Virus record (IMG/VR): IMGVR_UViG_3300017771_000043
Location: 1 to 35,343 of that record
Strand: one strand, 5' to 3'
DNA: 35,343 bases
Source of the DNA: a virus
Taxonomy: Duplodnaviria; Caudoviricetes
The position numbers were made by a program, and so were the translations under genes. Positions 1-9,790 of this stretch are shown piece by piece; the stretch's first letter is position 1, and each line of letters begins with the position of its first letter. Under the pieces are notes generated by a model. That model was not told the origin of the DNA, did not search any database, and saw nothing but the letters and a program-made list of their open reading frames with translations.

Positions 1-95
1 CCAGTAACTTCCTCATCCCACGCAAAATAAAGCACATAATTAACACCATTATTTGCGTTAGTTTTTAACTCTTTGATATCCCATGTAATAGCCAT
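1..95 (-). CDS. Partial (5' end only) small tail-associated/hypothetical protein, truncated by window edge
   Basis: ATG at 95-93 overlaps the TAA of the tail fibre (TAATG). Reads MAITWDIKELKTNANNGVNYVLYFAWDEEVTG to the edge with no stop. Confidence 0.7.
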   Translation of the reverse strand, partial: MAITWDIKELKTNANNGVNYVLYFAWDEEVT

Positions 96-2077
96 TATGT
101 CATCCTAATCTTTACGTAACCACTGCTTCTATACAAGCCGCCTAATGGCACGCCCCCAGTCGCAGCAGCGCTGTCATTTGCGTAGTTAGCTGAATCTTTT
201 AGCGCTCGCATAACTATACCACTATCTGCGCTAGAGCGTGGACCAACATACATAGATGTATAACGTGAGCCGTCACCTGTACCTGTTCCTACACTAAAGT
301 GCTGCGCTGTTGTTACAGCATACTCATTGAATTGACCTACACTTACAGCTCCAATAGTAGTAGCTGAGCCACCACTAACAGGCGTTGTAATACCTCTACC
401 TAGTGCAATGTTTGAAAAACCATTACTAGCTACTGCACCATTACCAAATGAAAACGATGTATCACCGAAGGAGTAACTTTGGTTACCACCTGCAAAACTG
501 TTGTCTTTATAGGCTTTTGACCTGTAACCTATAGCCATAGACTGTGCTGCTGTAACGCCAGTAGCAGGTGAAGTTTCACCACAATGTGTTAAAGTTCCTA
601 GCGCAATACTGCTTGGTGCATTTGCAAATACATGATTTCCAGTACCAAAAGCAAACCCTGCATCTGCATCTACTCGGGTATATTTTACTGAGCCGTCATA
701 TGTAGACCTACCACCTGTGAAACTAGCAGTGCCAAGTGATTGCGTTTGATAACCTAAACCAGTAGAAAACCACTTTGTTGCAGAGCCAACTTGACATTGA
801 TGCCCAACAGCAAGGCAATGATTGCCGCTTGCTGAGTTGTTATACCCACCTACTATAGAGTTATGACCAGTAGAGCTAGTGTTGTTACTGTTGCCTACTA
901 TTATACTATTTTGGCTATAGTTGTAGTTGTTGTATCCTGCAGTTATACCTCTATTGCCACTAGAGCCTATAACATTTGCGTAGCCAGTAACTAAAGACAC
1001 ATCACCACTAACAGTATTATTTTGCCCAGATACGTTATTGTTACTACCAGACACTGTGTTGTCATAACCACTGACAACATTTCTACTGCCTGTAACTGAA
1101 TGAAGCTCTCCTACTTCTAAGTTATTTGTACCGCTAATAATGACATCGCCAGTAAATGTATCACCTGATTTGTTTGCCTTGCCTGTTGTTGAATTACTTA
1201 CTTCTTGCGAAAATGATGCGGTAGTTGCTATGTTATTAACATTGCCTAAGAAAAAATTACCATTATTCAAGTTAGGCGTAGCATTTGTCCGACCTGCACC
1301 CATAATCTTGATAGTGCCTGACGATGCGTGCGACCTTGTAACCTTTCCCATCTTTTGTATCTGCGCGCCTTCGCCTGTTGGTGCAGTTGCTACTAAGCCA
1401 CCAGCTGTGCCTGCTTGCACAAACAGCTCGTCTCCTTCTGTAAAGCTGCTAGTGTCTAAACCAGATAAAGTGCCAAACGTGTAAACTTCTAGCGCTGCAT
1501 TGATAGACACAGTCTTCGCTGCTAAGCCAAACGCTGGCATCTTAGCTGCGTCATCAGCTCTAGCTTTACTTACTACTGTTGTGTTGCCAGATATTCCTGA
1601 TATATAAACGACATTGCCTTTAGTAAGAGCCTCACCTGCTTTCGCCTTAAATACTACCGCTCCACGCAAATCACCTATAAACTCTGTAGCTTCAACATTG
1701 CCTACAACTTCAAGTCTTTCAGATGGGTCTGTAGTGCCTATGCCAACTTCATGATTAGTGCTGTCAACGTACAAAGTGTCTGTGTCTACTGTAAGCCCAC
1801 CCATTGTAAGTCTAAAGTTAGTAGAGTCATCAGCATCATCGCGTAGATAATTTGTTATGCTGCCGCCACCGCCAGACACAGCAACCCATGACCCATTAGA
1901 CGATACCACTAATCTGCTGTTATCTGCGTCCCATAACAAGACGCCATCTTCTGCAGCAGACTGACCAGCCAAGTAATACCCTAGCTTAGACTTATTGCGT
2001 ACAAGCCAATCATTTAGGCGCTCTGCCCATGTATTGACATTGCCTGCTAGCGCTGGTGGTCTGTTTTGGTAGCTCAT
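95..2077 (-). CDS. Tail fibre / receptor-binding protein (660 aa)
   Basis: Directly follows the stabilisation gene (ATGA overlap). Has a VGIGTTDPSERLEVVG fibre motif and C-terminal Gly/Asn/Ser repeats (SGxxNxVSG, SxAxG) typical of beta-roll/YadA-like fibre heads. Confidence 0.75.
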   Translation of the reverse strand: MSYQNRPPALAGNVNTWAERLNDWLVRNKSKLGYYLAGQSAAEDGVLLWDADNSRLVVSSNGSWVAVSGGGGSITNYLRDDADDSTNFRLTMGGLTVDTDTLYVDSTNHEVGIGTTDPSERLEVVGNVEATEFIGDLRGAVVFKAKAGEALTKGNVVYISGISGNTTVVSKARADDAAKMPAFGLAAKTVSINAALEVYTFGTLSGLDTSSFTEGDELFVQAGTAGGLVATAPTGEGAQIQKMGKVTRSHASSGTIKIMGAGRTNATPNLNNGNFFLGNVNNIATTASFSQEVSNSTTGKANKSGDTFTGDVIISGTNNLEVGELHSVTGSRNVVSGYDNTVSGSNNNVSGQNNTVSGDVSLVTGYANVIGSSGNRGITAGYNNYNYSQNSIIVGNSNNTSSTGHNSIVGGYNNSASGNHCLAVGHQCQVGSATKWFSTGLGYQTQSLGTASFTGGRSTYDGSVKYTRVDADAGFAFGTGNHVFANAPSSIALGTLTHCGETSPATGVTAAQSMAIGYRSKAYKDNSFAGGNQSYSFGDTSFSFGNGAVASNGFSNIALGRGITTPVSGGSATTIGAVSVGQFNEYAVTTAQHFSVGTGTGDGSRYTSMYVGPRSSADSGIVMRALKDSANYANDSAAATGGVPLGGLYRSSGYVKIRMT

Positions 2078-3870
2078 CTAGCTCCGCCTAGCTTAGTTTC
2101 TAATTTTAGGTTGCCTAACGTCCAATCTTGCGTGTTGTAGGTTACGTCAAACACTATTGCAGTTTCTGGATAATTAGCCAATGTATATGGAATAACTTCG
2201 TTTGTTATCCAGTCGTAGCTTTGTGTGCCTGCGCCATGTGCGAGAATAGCTACAGCGTCAGCTCCGCTAACATTTCCATCGTTAGTGATATCTAATATAT
2301 GCCTACCATTTATATATACATCTGAGTATGGACTAGCTTTTCTAATACTTACTTTTAATGCTTCTTGCGCTAAATCATCGTAATTTATTTGCTTGCTATT
2401 AGGGTCGATTCGCAGCCTAAACTGCCTGCCCTGTAGTCGCACATTTGTAGGTGATATAGCACTAAATGGTCCCTTCGTTGTCTCAGGGTCGTTAGGATAG
2501 TTTCGTGTTTTAAAAACTAAGTTATGCTCACCTTGCGCTTTGTGGTCAGGGATAACTTTTGTCACATTTATTATGCGCTCACCTTGCCCTGCTTCTACTG
2601 GTCCTGACTCAGCATAACTAAACACTTGCTCACCGTTATCAGTGTGCTCATGTGTATAACCTGTTTCGTGGTCATATACTTTACCAGTAGCAGAAAACCA
2701 TATAGGCGTTCTGTGCACACCAGCATCAACACCTGCGGTCCTGTCTAATATACCTATACCCCAGTGATTTTCTTTGTAATCGTAATACACGTACCTGTCG
2801 TTTTCAGCAGTAGATGTGCTTGGATAAAACCACCATATCTCATTAAACCTACTGTTTTTGACAGCGTATACTTTACCCTGCTGCTCAAAGTTCATCCCTT
2901 TAAACACGTAATCTTGCACGTCACACGGTATATCACGTACAGACTGACCGTCATAAAAATAAAAGCCATTAGTGCCCATCCAGAATGCACCTTGCTCATG
3001 TGCTACAGCGCAGTGACGGCTAACAGCGCCACAATTGCTGCCTACTTTTTCAAAACCATATACTGCTGGTGGTCCACTGTAAGTTGCTACGTGAGCATCT
3101 GTTGTAGTTAAAATAAGCGTTCTACCGCGCACCTGTAAGCCTAGCTGTATCTTGCCAACTGTGTCTAATATAATGTCGCCAGCTTCATTTGTGGCAGATG
3201 GTGTTCATGTTGTATTATCTTCACGGTCACACCATTTGATTTTAGCAGGGTCGTTATCAGCGCCTAACGCAAATAAGAATCTTTCCTCTGTTACTACCAC
3301 GCTGTCGTTATTAGCAGGAAAAGCTGTGTCTGTTGTGCTAATTTGGTCTGCAGTGCCAGTCAAAGTCCACTGACGCAAAACACCGTCATGTGAATTTACT
3401 GCTACGAGGTACTCACCCCAGCTGTCTAGCGACCATGTGCTGCCATCACCTAAAACACCAGACGTAGGTCGTGGCTCACCGTAAAAACCCTTGCCGTATA
3501 GATATTTACCATAACCAACATTCTCTGCAGCGCCATCAGTAGCTCCTGATATAGTAGAAGCTAATATGCTTGTTACTGTACCCGCCTCATTAATGCTGAA
3601 TAGATTGTTGAAACTACCTGCAGCAATCCACGCTGTGCCTGATGTGCTTTTCCACGCTAACGCTGCACGCGCTTTCACATTTGTGCCTAGTGTTACTTCT
3701 ACCGTGTTTGCTGTGTCAGTTCTATCTTCGCGTGCGTGCCAGCCACCTATAGGACGCAGCGAGCCGTTTTCCCAGCGCACATAATTTACATCACGCCATC
3801 GACCTGCTGACTCGCTGTCTGTGCCGTGCCGTACAACACCTGCTGGTATGTCAAATGGTACTGTTGCCAT
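2074..3870 (-). CDS. Tail stabilisation / tail tubular protein B (P22 gp10-like); one reading frame interrupted by an in-frame TGA at 3205-3207
   Basis: ORFs 3205..3870 and 2074..3132 share a frame with no further stop between them. Motifs WSLDSWGEYL, WCDREDN and FNEIWWFYPS, plus the C-terminal GGAR, match this podovirus family. Confidence 0.75.
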
Positions 3871-4244
3871 TATTTGTTCCTTAGATTCATCAGCTTACTT
3901 GCACCCTTGATACCAAAACTACTGCTTATAGCTATAAACAGTAAATATTGATACCACTCAGGCAGCCCAGATAATGCGATAAAGCCTTTTTCTACCCTAT
4001 CAATAACTGTGACGTCATCTACTACAATGGCGTAGCCAATCATAAAGACAGGCACAGATAGCACTAGCGTCCAAAATTCATCCTTCCACGAGCTAGCCGA
4101 AGCATCAACCATCTTAGACTCCCAATCAGCGTCACTCTTAATAACGCTCATCTTAGCCTCATGCTTAGCCTGCTTCTCTTCCGCTTTGTTCTTGAAATAG
4201 CCACCAGCTAAATTAGCTATAGGTCCAACTAATGATTGCCACAT
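3870..4244 (-). CDS. Putative holin (3TM-holin-like membrane protein)
   Basis: Likely start MWQSLVGP at 4244 with GAGG SD. Has SWKDEFW motif, two hydrophobic helices, and a basic C-terminus (SSSFGIKGASKLMNLRNK). Confidence 0.65.
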   Translation of the reverse strand: MWQSLVGPIANLAGGYFKNKAEEKQAKHEAKMSVIKSDADWESKMVDASASSWKDEFWTLVLSVPVFMIGYAIVVDDVTVIDRVEKGFIALSGLPEWYQYLLFIAISSSFGIKGASKLMNLRNK

Positions 4245-4246
4245 AT

Positions 4247-4723
4247 CTACCTCAATGGATTGCTCGTTACGTAGTCGAGCCCATCCCACAAATTATTTAT
4301 TTCTAAATCGACTTTTTTAATTCGTTCACTTACGTCACCTAAGCTGTTACTGACGATTTCTGCCTGCTTTACAGTGCTTCTCATGGCTTCTATATCTTTC
4401 TCTAGCCTAGAGACGTCAGATTTGAGTTCTAACAGCTTTTCTTGCTGCTCTAATATAGTTTCAAGGTTAGTGCCTAAAGCCGCTAAATTACCCTTTAATT
4501 GCCCTACATCGTTGTCCTCTAATCTTTGCTCGATTAGCGTGACTCTTTCAGTAACAGGCTCAACATCAGGTATGCTTACAGCTTCCACTGACTCTAGCCT
4601 TGAGTATAAACTAGAAGCAGTCCAAACTGTACCACCAATTGATGTACCAATTGCTAGCACTATGCCTATCCACACACCCTTAAATGACGTGTTGCCAATT
4701 TTTAGCTCTGTATCATCAATCAA
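4247..4723 (-). CDS. Membrane-anchored coiled-coil protein, unknown function
   Basis: N-terminal TM segment (VWIGIVLAIGTSIGGTVW) followed by heptad-rich helix. Confidence 0.75.
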   Translation of the reverse strand: MIDDTELKIGNTSFKGVWIGIVLAIGTSIGGTVWTASSLYSRLESVEAVSIPDVEPVTERVTLIEQRLEDNDVGQLKGNLAALGTNLETILEQQEKLLELKSDVSRLEKDIEAMRSTVKQAEIVSNSLGDVSERIKKVDLEINNLWDGLDYVTSNPLR

Positions 4724-5558
4724 AACTACATCCTATCTCATACATAAAGCAATCATAGCCAGACGCAGTTGGTCCAGTTAGGTAAAACTCTGACTCAGCA
4801 CCTGCATATAGCACTGTTTCTTGGTCTACATACATATCTAAGCCAAAATTCTGTCCATTTAGGTATACAGCAGTCGCATTATTAGTGTTTGCCCACTTCA
4901 TAGACACCCATTGCTGCTCTGCACTGTAAGTTATAGTCGCTTCTTCTGCTACAGCGTTGTTATTTACAGCGCCTTGCTCTAAAAACGCTACAGCATCCTC
5001 ATTTGCAGCCACGGCAATGTACCCAGCAGCTTTATTAGCGTGCTCCTCGATAGAATCCATACTGTCATTGTACGAATCTACTGTATCCTGAGATATCATC
5101 AGCACTTCTTCGTTCTGTGCAACAAATTCTTGCACCTGTTCTTCTTCAGCTGGGTTGCCAACGCTTTCATCAGCCATCTCAGCTACTTGTATAGTGGTGC
5201 TCATCTCAATAACAGCAGTTGTGAACACTTCTACGCTATCTTCCATAAGCTCTAGCTCTGTTGCAGCCGCTTGCTGCAATACAGCCTCAACACTGCCATA
5301 GGGCAGATACGTGCTAAAGTTGGATAGTGCGTTGTTATAAGCTGTAACTTGCTGTGCAGAGATGTGTGCAGATGTAGATAACGTGCCGTCTGACATACCA
5401 TCGCCTACGTATGCGTATTCTGTTGCAGCACCTACTAACAAGATGCCACGGTCAATCTGGTCAACTATCGCATTAGATGTATTAACTAAATCAGTTAGCT
5501 GGTCGCTGTTTGCTGCTACGGAACATATCGCTAATGCTCCTATTATCGCTTTCTTCAT
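4716..5558 (-). CDS. Exported acidic helical protein, unknown function
   Basis: Signal peptide MKKAIIGALAICSVAANS. Strongly acidic; C-terminal Cys pair (DCFMYEIGC). Confidence 0.75.
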   Translation of the reverse strand: MKKAIIGALAICSVAANSDQLTDLVNTSNAIVDQIDRGILLVGAATEYAYVGDGMSDGTLSTSAHISAQQVTAYNNALSNFSTYLPYGSVEAVLQQAAATELELMEDSVEVFTTAVIEMSTTIQVAEMADESVGNPAEEEQVQEFVAQNEEVLMISQDTVDSYNDSMDSIEEHANKAAGYIAVAANEDAVAFLEQGAVNNNAVAEEATITYSAEQQWVSMKWANTNNATAVYLNGQNFGLDMYVDQETVLYAGAESEFYLTGPTASGYDCFMYEIGCSFD

Positions 5559-6129
5559 CTGTTTGCTCCGCCCCTATGTTTAACATTGTGTTGTAGTAAT
5601 CTTCTGTATCTGGTCCATAATCAGGTATGTGTAACTCTGGGTTCTGCATCATTACTAAATAGCTGCGCCTACCTGCTACCAACTTGCCACCTATTGTTAC
5701 TGGACATGGCGTACCAGCAGAAAACATGGCTTTCCAGACATCTACTGACTGACACATCATGCTGATGGCTGCTACCTTCATATTAAACTTGTCCAGCAGA
5801 GCTGCGTCACGTCTACGTGTACAGTCTTTGTCTAATACATACTTACCACTAGACCATCCAAAGCCAACTGTCTGTATGGAGCTGCCTGCTGCCTTTAAAC
5901 ACGTCTCCATGCCTGACGATTGCATACTAGGGCTGATAGCTGAACCTACTGGTATTTTAGATGCTGCGCCAGCGCCCTGATAAGTATTAGTCGTGCTCTC
6001 ATCAGTAGTAACATTGTTGCTGTTCACTGTGCTGTTTTCGTTGTTAGTGTTTAGGCTGCCTTCTTGTTCTGTGCCAAACGCTAAACTTGATACCAATAAC
6101 AGTGCAGCCTTAAATAAGTTTTTGCCCAA
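5491..6129 (-). CDS. Exported Cys-containing protein (SAISPS...C...GTPCP family), unknown function
   Basis: Signal peptide ending in AFG, Asn/Thr-rich linker, four Cys (ETC, KDC, MMC, TPCP). Confidence 0.75.
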   Translation of the reverse strand: MGKNLFKAALLLVSSLAFGTEQEGSLNTNNENSTVNSNNVTTDESTTNTYQGAGAASKIPVGSAISPSMQSSGMETCLKAAGSSIQTVGFGWSSGKYVLDKDCTRRRDAALLDKFNMKVAAISMMCQSVDVWKAMFSAGTPCPVTIGGKLVAGRRSYLVMMQNPELHIPDYGPDTEDYYNTMLNIGAEQTDEESDNRSISDMFRSSKQRPAN

Positions 6130-6316
6130 TGATGTCTAGCCCTAAAATCAGTGGATACAAAAGCCACAACAAGCGCTCGATGTTTTTAAACTTGTCCATA
6201 CCCATATCAAGACGCTTATCTACAACACCTAGCTTGTCTTGTATGTTTTCCATTCTTGCAGCACATTCTCTCTCATGCGCTTCTAGCTTCAGCAATGCTT
6301 CTCTGTTACCGTCCAT
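6110..6316 (-). CDS. Small coiled-coil + C-terminal TM protein (XhlA/holin-like)
   Basis: HERECAARM coiled coil followed by a hydrophobic LLWLLYPLILGL segment. Confidence 0.6.
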   Translation of the reverse strand: MDGNREALLKLEAHERECAARMENIQDKLGVVDKRLDMGMDKFKNIERLLWLLYPLILGLDIIGQKLI

Positions 6317-6317
6317 G

Positions 6318-6617
6318 TTAGATTTCCTCAGACTCCACTTCTACTCTAGTTAAGCTGTTAGCTTCTAATGCTTTGTCTAAATCAGCAGGGAAACACGCAT
6401 ACTGGATGTAGTCAGTATTAATTAAAGCAGTCAGGTCATCGCCATATAAGAACCCTGTAGTAGCCCAGAATGTGTCTGTGCCGTCAGTTAGTTCTACACT
6501 AAACAATGTATCACCCTGAGTGCTTGCGCCTTCCTCAGTGGTGTGTAAGGTGTTTATAACGCCTTGTGCTGATGCCTTGTCTGCATCCGTTACGATTAGG
6601 GTAGTTAAGATGTTCAT
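6318..6617 (-). CDS. Hypothetical acidic protein (fibre-associated)
   Basis: ATGA-coupled to the upstream gene within the fibre operon. Confidence 0.7.
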   Translation of the reverse strand: MNILTTLIVTDADKASAQGVINTLHTTEEGASTQGDTLFSVELTDGTDTFWATTGFLYGDDLTALINTDYIQYACFPADLDKALEANSLTRVEVESEEI

Positions 6618-6943
6618 TCTTCAATGTCCTCATATACTGGCATAGCCGCAAATATTCTATACGGTGTAGCAGGCGCATCAATAGCAAATGCCTGTAGGCT
6701 CTCAGGTAAGTCACCTAAGAAGTTTACATGGTATCCCTCTACTGCACTCATAAGAGGTATCTCATTGCCCTCTTCGTCAGTCTCAGTCTCACCTGTTGGC
6801 TCAAAGATAGAGCCAATGTTATCGATAGCGTATTCGTGGTTGCCTGTTGAGAGAACACTGTTGCCCTCATCATCTTCAAAGTAATAGGCACTTAACGCTG
6901 TACGCATTGCCTCTTCGCTTTCAAACTTTAAGTAATGTGTCAT
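6614..6943 (-). CDS. Small acidic protein, probable fibre chaperone/accessory
   Basis: ATGA-coupled downstream of the last lectin-like fibre gene. Motifs YLKF, GYHVN and PATPYRIF. Confidence 0.65.
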   Translation of the reverse strand: MTHYLKFESEEAMRTALSAYYFEDDEGNSVLSTGNHEYAIDNIGSIFEPTGETETDEEGNEIPLMSAVEGYHVNFLGDLPESLQAFAIDAPATPYRIFAAMPVYEDIEE

Positions 6944-8157
6944 TGTGTTAATGCCTTCAATTGATTGTTTGTTAATCTTACAGGGTAGTATTTAATAGAT
7001 TTGATATGCCCATTTATGTAATCGTTGACCACGCTTGTTGTCTCAATAAACTTTGAGCCAATGTGAAGTTTCGTTACTAAGTCAATAGCATGGTTTCCTG
7101 TTGTGTCTGTAAACACTACTGTGCCCTTCCATGCAATAGACATATAATTGTCTTTAAGTGCTATCGCAACTTTTGCTGTATTATCGTTTTCACTACCATT
7201 TATAAAATTAGCACCAAATACAGCATTACCTGATGAGTCATCTACACGAAATCTTATTTTTCCAGAGTTTGGTGGAGAGTTTCCATAATTATAAACATCA
7301 TTCAAAATGTCTACGCTTTGACTACCATGTCCCCAACTATATGCTCTTGGAAAAGTTGTTGTGTATGCCCAGTTAGCTTTATCAAACTCTATAACCGTTG
7401 TGCCTTCGTTGCCATTATACTCAAACAGTGATGCATTCAACGATGCTTGTTCACTAGTTCGTGTTACTGTACTACCTGATGTTGGTATGTATGACGTAGG
7501 GAATGAGCCTGACTCTAACTGTGCGCCATATACAAATACGCTACCTACTGCTCCACTGCGTCTTGTGCTAGACATACTGTCTATAGGTGTGACGCTGAAA
7601 CCGCCTGAACCAAGTGTATTAAAAGGCAAAGTGCATAGATACCAACCGTTGCCAACATCAGTAATTGTTGCGCCTGTTCCTAGTATGTGCGTAACAGTGC
7701 CGTTTACTAAGTCAAAATTAGCAACAAAGTTTGTAGTCAAATAGCCAACATTTAACTGTGCATAATTTAAAGTATCCGCTTTTAAGTATATGCTGTTAGA
7801 ATAGTTCCCACTTAAACCTGATGGTATAGGAAACTGCCAAACTGAAGCTGACCCACCACTGCACGTTAATTTAGAAGCGTTTATATTGCCGTCAGGCGAT
7901 GTTGTAGAGTCTGTAGTTATTGTGCAGTTTGTTCCACTCCATGCGCTACCTGATAAAGAGTTGCTGTACCGAATCTGATTCGTTCTCTGCTCTTCTATCA
8001 GCAAGCCTTTCAGATTACCGTCTGCATCATATTCTATTCTAGGCTCATTAGTATTAGCAGTTTTGAGTAAACCATCAGAACCTAAATATGTACCTGTAGT
8101 AGACCTAGTGAATGTGATTAGGTCTGTGGCTTTACCTGTAGTTACTGTCTTAGTCAT
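6940..8157 (-). CDS. Head-spike/fibre protein with lectin-like (ConA/LamG-type) domains
   Basis: FTRSTTGTY...EPRIEYD...GLLIEEQRTN...GNGWY...GAQLE..FPTSYIPT..STVTR module plus C-terminal LamG-like NGHIKSIKYYP. Confidence 0.7.
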   Translation of the reverse strand: MTKTVTTGKATDLITFTRSTTGTYLGSDGLLKTANTNEPRIEYDADGNLKGLLIEEQRTNQIRYSNSLSGSAWSGTNCTITTDSTTSPDGNINASKLTCSGGSASVWQFPIPSGLSGNYSNSIYLKADTLNYAQLNVGYLTTNFVANFDLVNGTVTHILGTGATITDVGNGWYLCTLPFNTLGSGGFSVTPIDSMSSTRRSGAVGSVFVYGAQLESGSFPTSYIPTSGSTVTRTSEQASLNASLFEYNGNEGTTVIEFDKANWAYTTTFPRAYSWGHGSQSVDILNDVYNYGNSPPNSGKIRFRVDDSSGNAVFGANFINGSENDNTAKVAIALKDNYMSIAWKGTVVFTDTTGNHAIDLVTKLHIGSKFIETTSVVNDYINGHIKSIKYYPVRLTNNQLKALTQ

Positions 8158-9790
8158 GTAAACCCTCTACTAATTCACTGGTTGCTTGTCCATCAAATGT
8201 TAGGCTCATTGTAGGTGAGGATGATGGCTTGGTTAAGTCTATAAGCTGTGCGTCTGTTAAGCCTTTTGCATAAGACTGTATTACTTTTATATGGCTATTC
8301 AACGGAATTGAAATACTATCAGATGCACCTATAGTTAGTTTGGTGAAATCTTCTATTGCGTTTGATAATGTGGCTTGTCGCAATACACCGTTGCAAGCTA
8401 AACGCATTACTGTGCCATCAACTTTTAATGCTATTTTGTTAGTTGTATCTGTGACTTCAATATTGCTAACATTACCGTTTGCACTGTTATTGTATCGAGA
8501 ATATACCTGCATCTTACTTGTGGTATTGTATTGTAGCTGAACGTAGTCAGAAGGCGAGTCATCGTTAGATAACACCCATACCCTTTCATAGTCACTAGGC
8601 ACTTTTGGACTGCTTTGAAACTCAGCATACATTGTGTAGCTTTGTGCATTATGATGATAACGCTCTAATGGCAACGAACAGGCATCCTTATTGCGAGTAA
8701 CTGTACTGCCACTTGTAGGGATATAGGATGTAGGGAATGCGCCTGTTTCTACTTGCAGTCCATAAACTAATAACCCTTTAGACGTATCACCCGCATAGTT
8801 TTGCAACCTTGTGCTTGTTGGTGATGTCACAGAAACAACACTAGCATCACCGCCCGAATCGCCTATTGCTGTAGCTGTTATAGAGCAACGATACCAACCA
8901 TTACCAACTGGCGTTATCTGGCTTTCACAGTTATTTTTTGTACCTACAACACCGTTAATTAAATCAAAGTTAGCATGAATAGTGCCGAATCCAGAAGCAG
9001 TCATGGTAAGCTGTCCTGCCCTGCCGCCTATTGATTTCAAGAAAACGCTTTGCGTGTAAACAACGCCATTTCCATACGATGTAGTACTGTATGCTCTGTG
9101 AAAATTATTATTTGTTGTTTCAAACATCGCAACTGCGGTATTTGTTCCATCAGGGGCAACAGCATAGTCGTTGGCTGTAGTTACACTTTGCTTAGTAACA
9201 TTATTAAAGTTGCTTTCTGTGATTTTATTTGTTCTCTGCTCTTCAATTAACAAACCTAATGGTTGACCACTAGCATCATACTCTAGGCGTGGTTCGTTAG
9301 TATCTGCTGTTCTAAGTAGAGGTGTGCCACCTGCTGTGCTTGTGACTTCAACAACCGATACATTGTCTATAGTAGCAGTTGCAGTTGAAGAGTTAAGCAA
9401 TGAAAACTCTAAGGCTGTACTATTTGAAGTGCCTGATGAAAAATAAAATACATAATCACCTGTTGCTGTAGCTTCAAACTCTAACGCACCGTCTATCAAA
9501 ACACCTACTTTAGGCGCGACAGCAAGCAAAGAGAAAGAGCATTTATATGTTTTTTCAGACTGAGTAGATAATGTTTGTTGCAACTTACAACTTGAACCGC
9601 CATTTCTATCTAGCTCTATGTAACCGTTAGCGTTCCATGTGAAGAGAGGACTAGAGCCTGCTACTGTCCAACTAGAAGTGTCAGTATCAAACGTACCATT
9701 AGTAACTAACTCATCGCCATACACAACACTGTCTAAGTATGTACCAGTAGAAGAGCGTGTAAAGTCTATTAATTCACTGAATGTACTCAT
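8150..9790 (-). CDS. Head-spike/fibre protein with CBM-like and lectin-like domains (paralog of 6940..8157)
   Basis: Same module as its neighbour, plus an inserted ELVTNGTF...IDNVSVVEV carbohydrate-binding-like domain. Confidence 0.7.
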   Translation of the reverse strand: MSTFSELIDFTRSSTGTYLDSVVYGDELVTNGTFDTDTSSWTVAGSSPLFTWNANGYIELDRNGGSSCKLQQTLSTQSEKTYKCSFSLLAVAPKVGVLIDGALEFEATATGDYVFYFSSGTSNSTALEFSLLNSSTATATIDNVSVVEVTSTAGGTPLLRTADTNEPRLEYDASGQPLGLLIEEQRTNKITESNFNNVTKQSVTTANDYAVAPDGTNTAVAMFETTNNNFHRAYSTTSYGNGVVYTQSVFLKSIGGRAGQLTMTASGFGTIHANFDLINGVVGTKNNCESQITPVGNGWYRCSITATAIGDSGGDASVVSVTSPTSTRLQNYAGDTSKGLLVYGLQVETGAFPTSYIPTSGSTVTRNKDACSLPLERYHHNAQSYTMYAEFQSSPKVPSDYERVWVLSNDDSPSDYVQLQYNTTSKMQVYSRYNNSANGNVSNIEVTDTTNKIALKVDGTVMRLACNGVLRQATLSNAIEDFTKLTIGASDSISIPLNSHIKVIQSYAKGLTDAQLIDLTKPSSSPTMSLTFDGQATSELVEGLHD

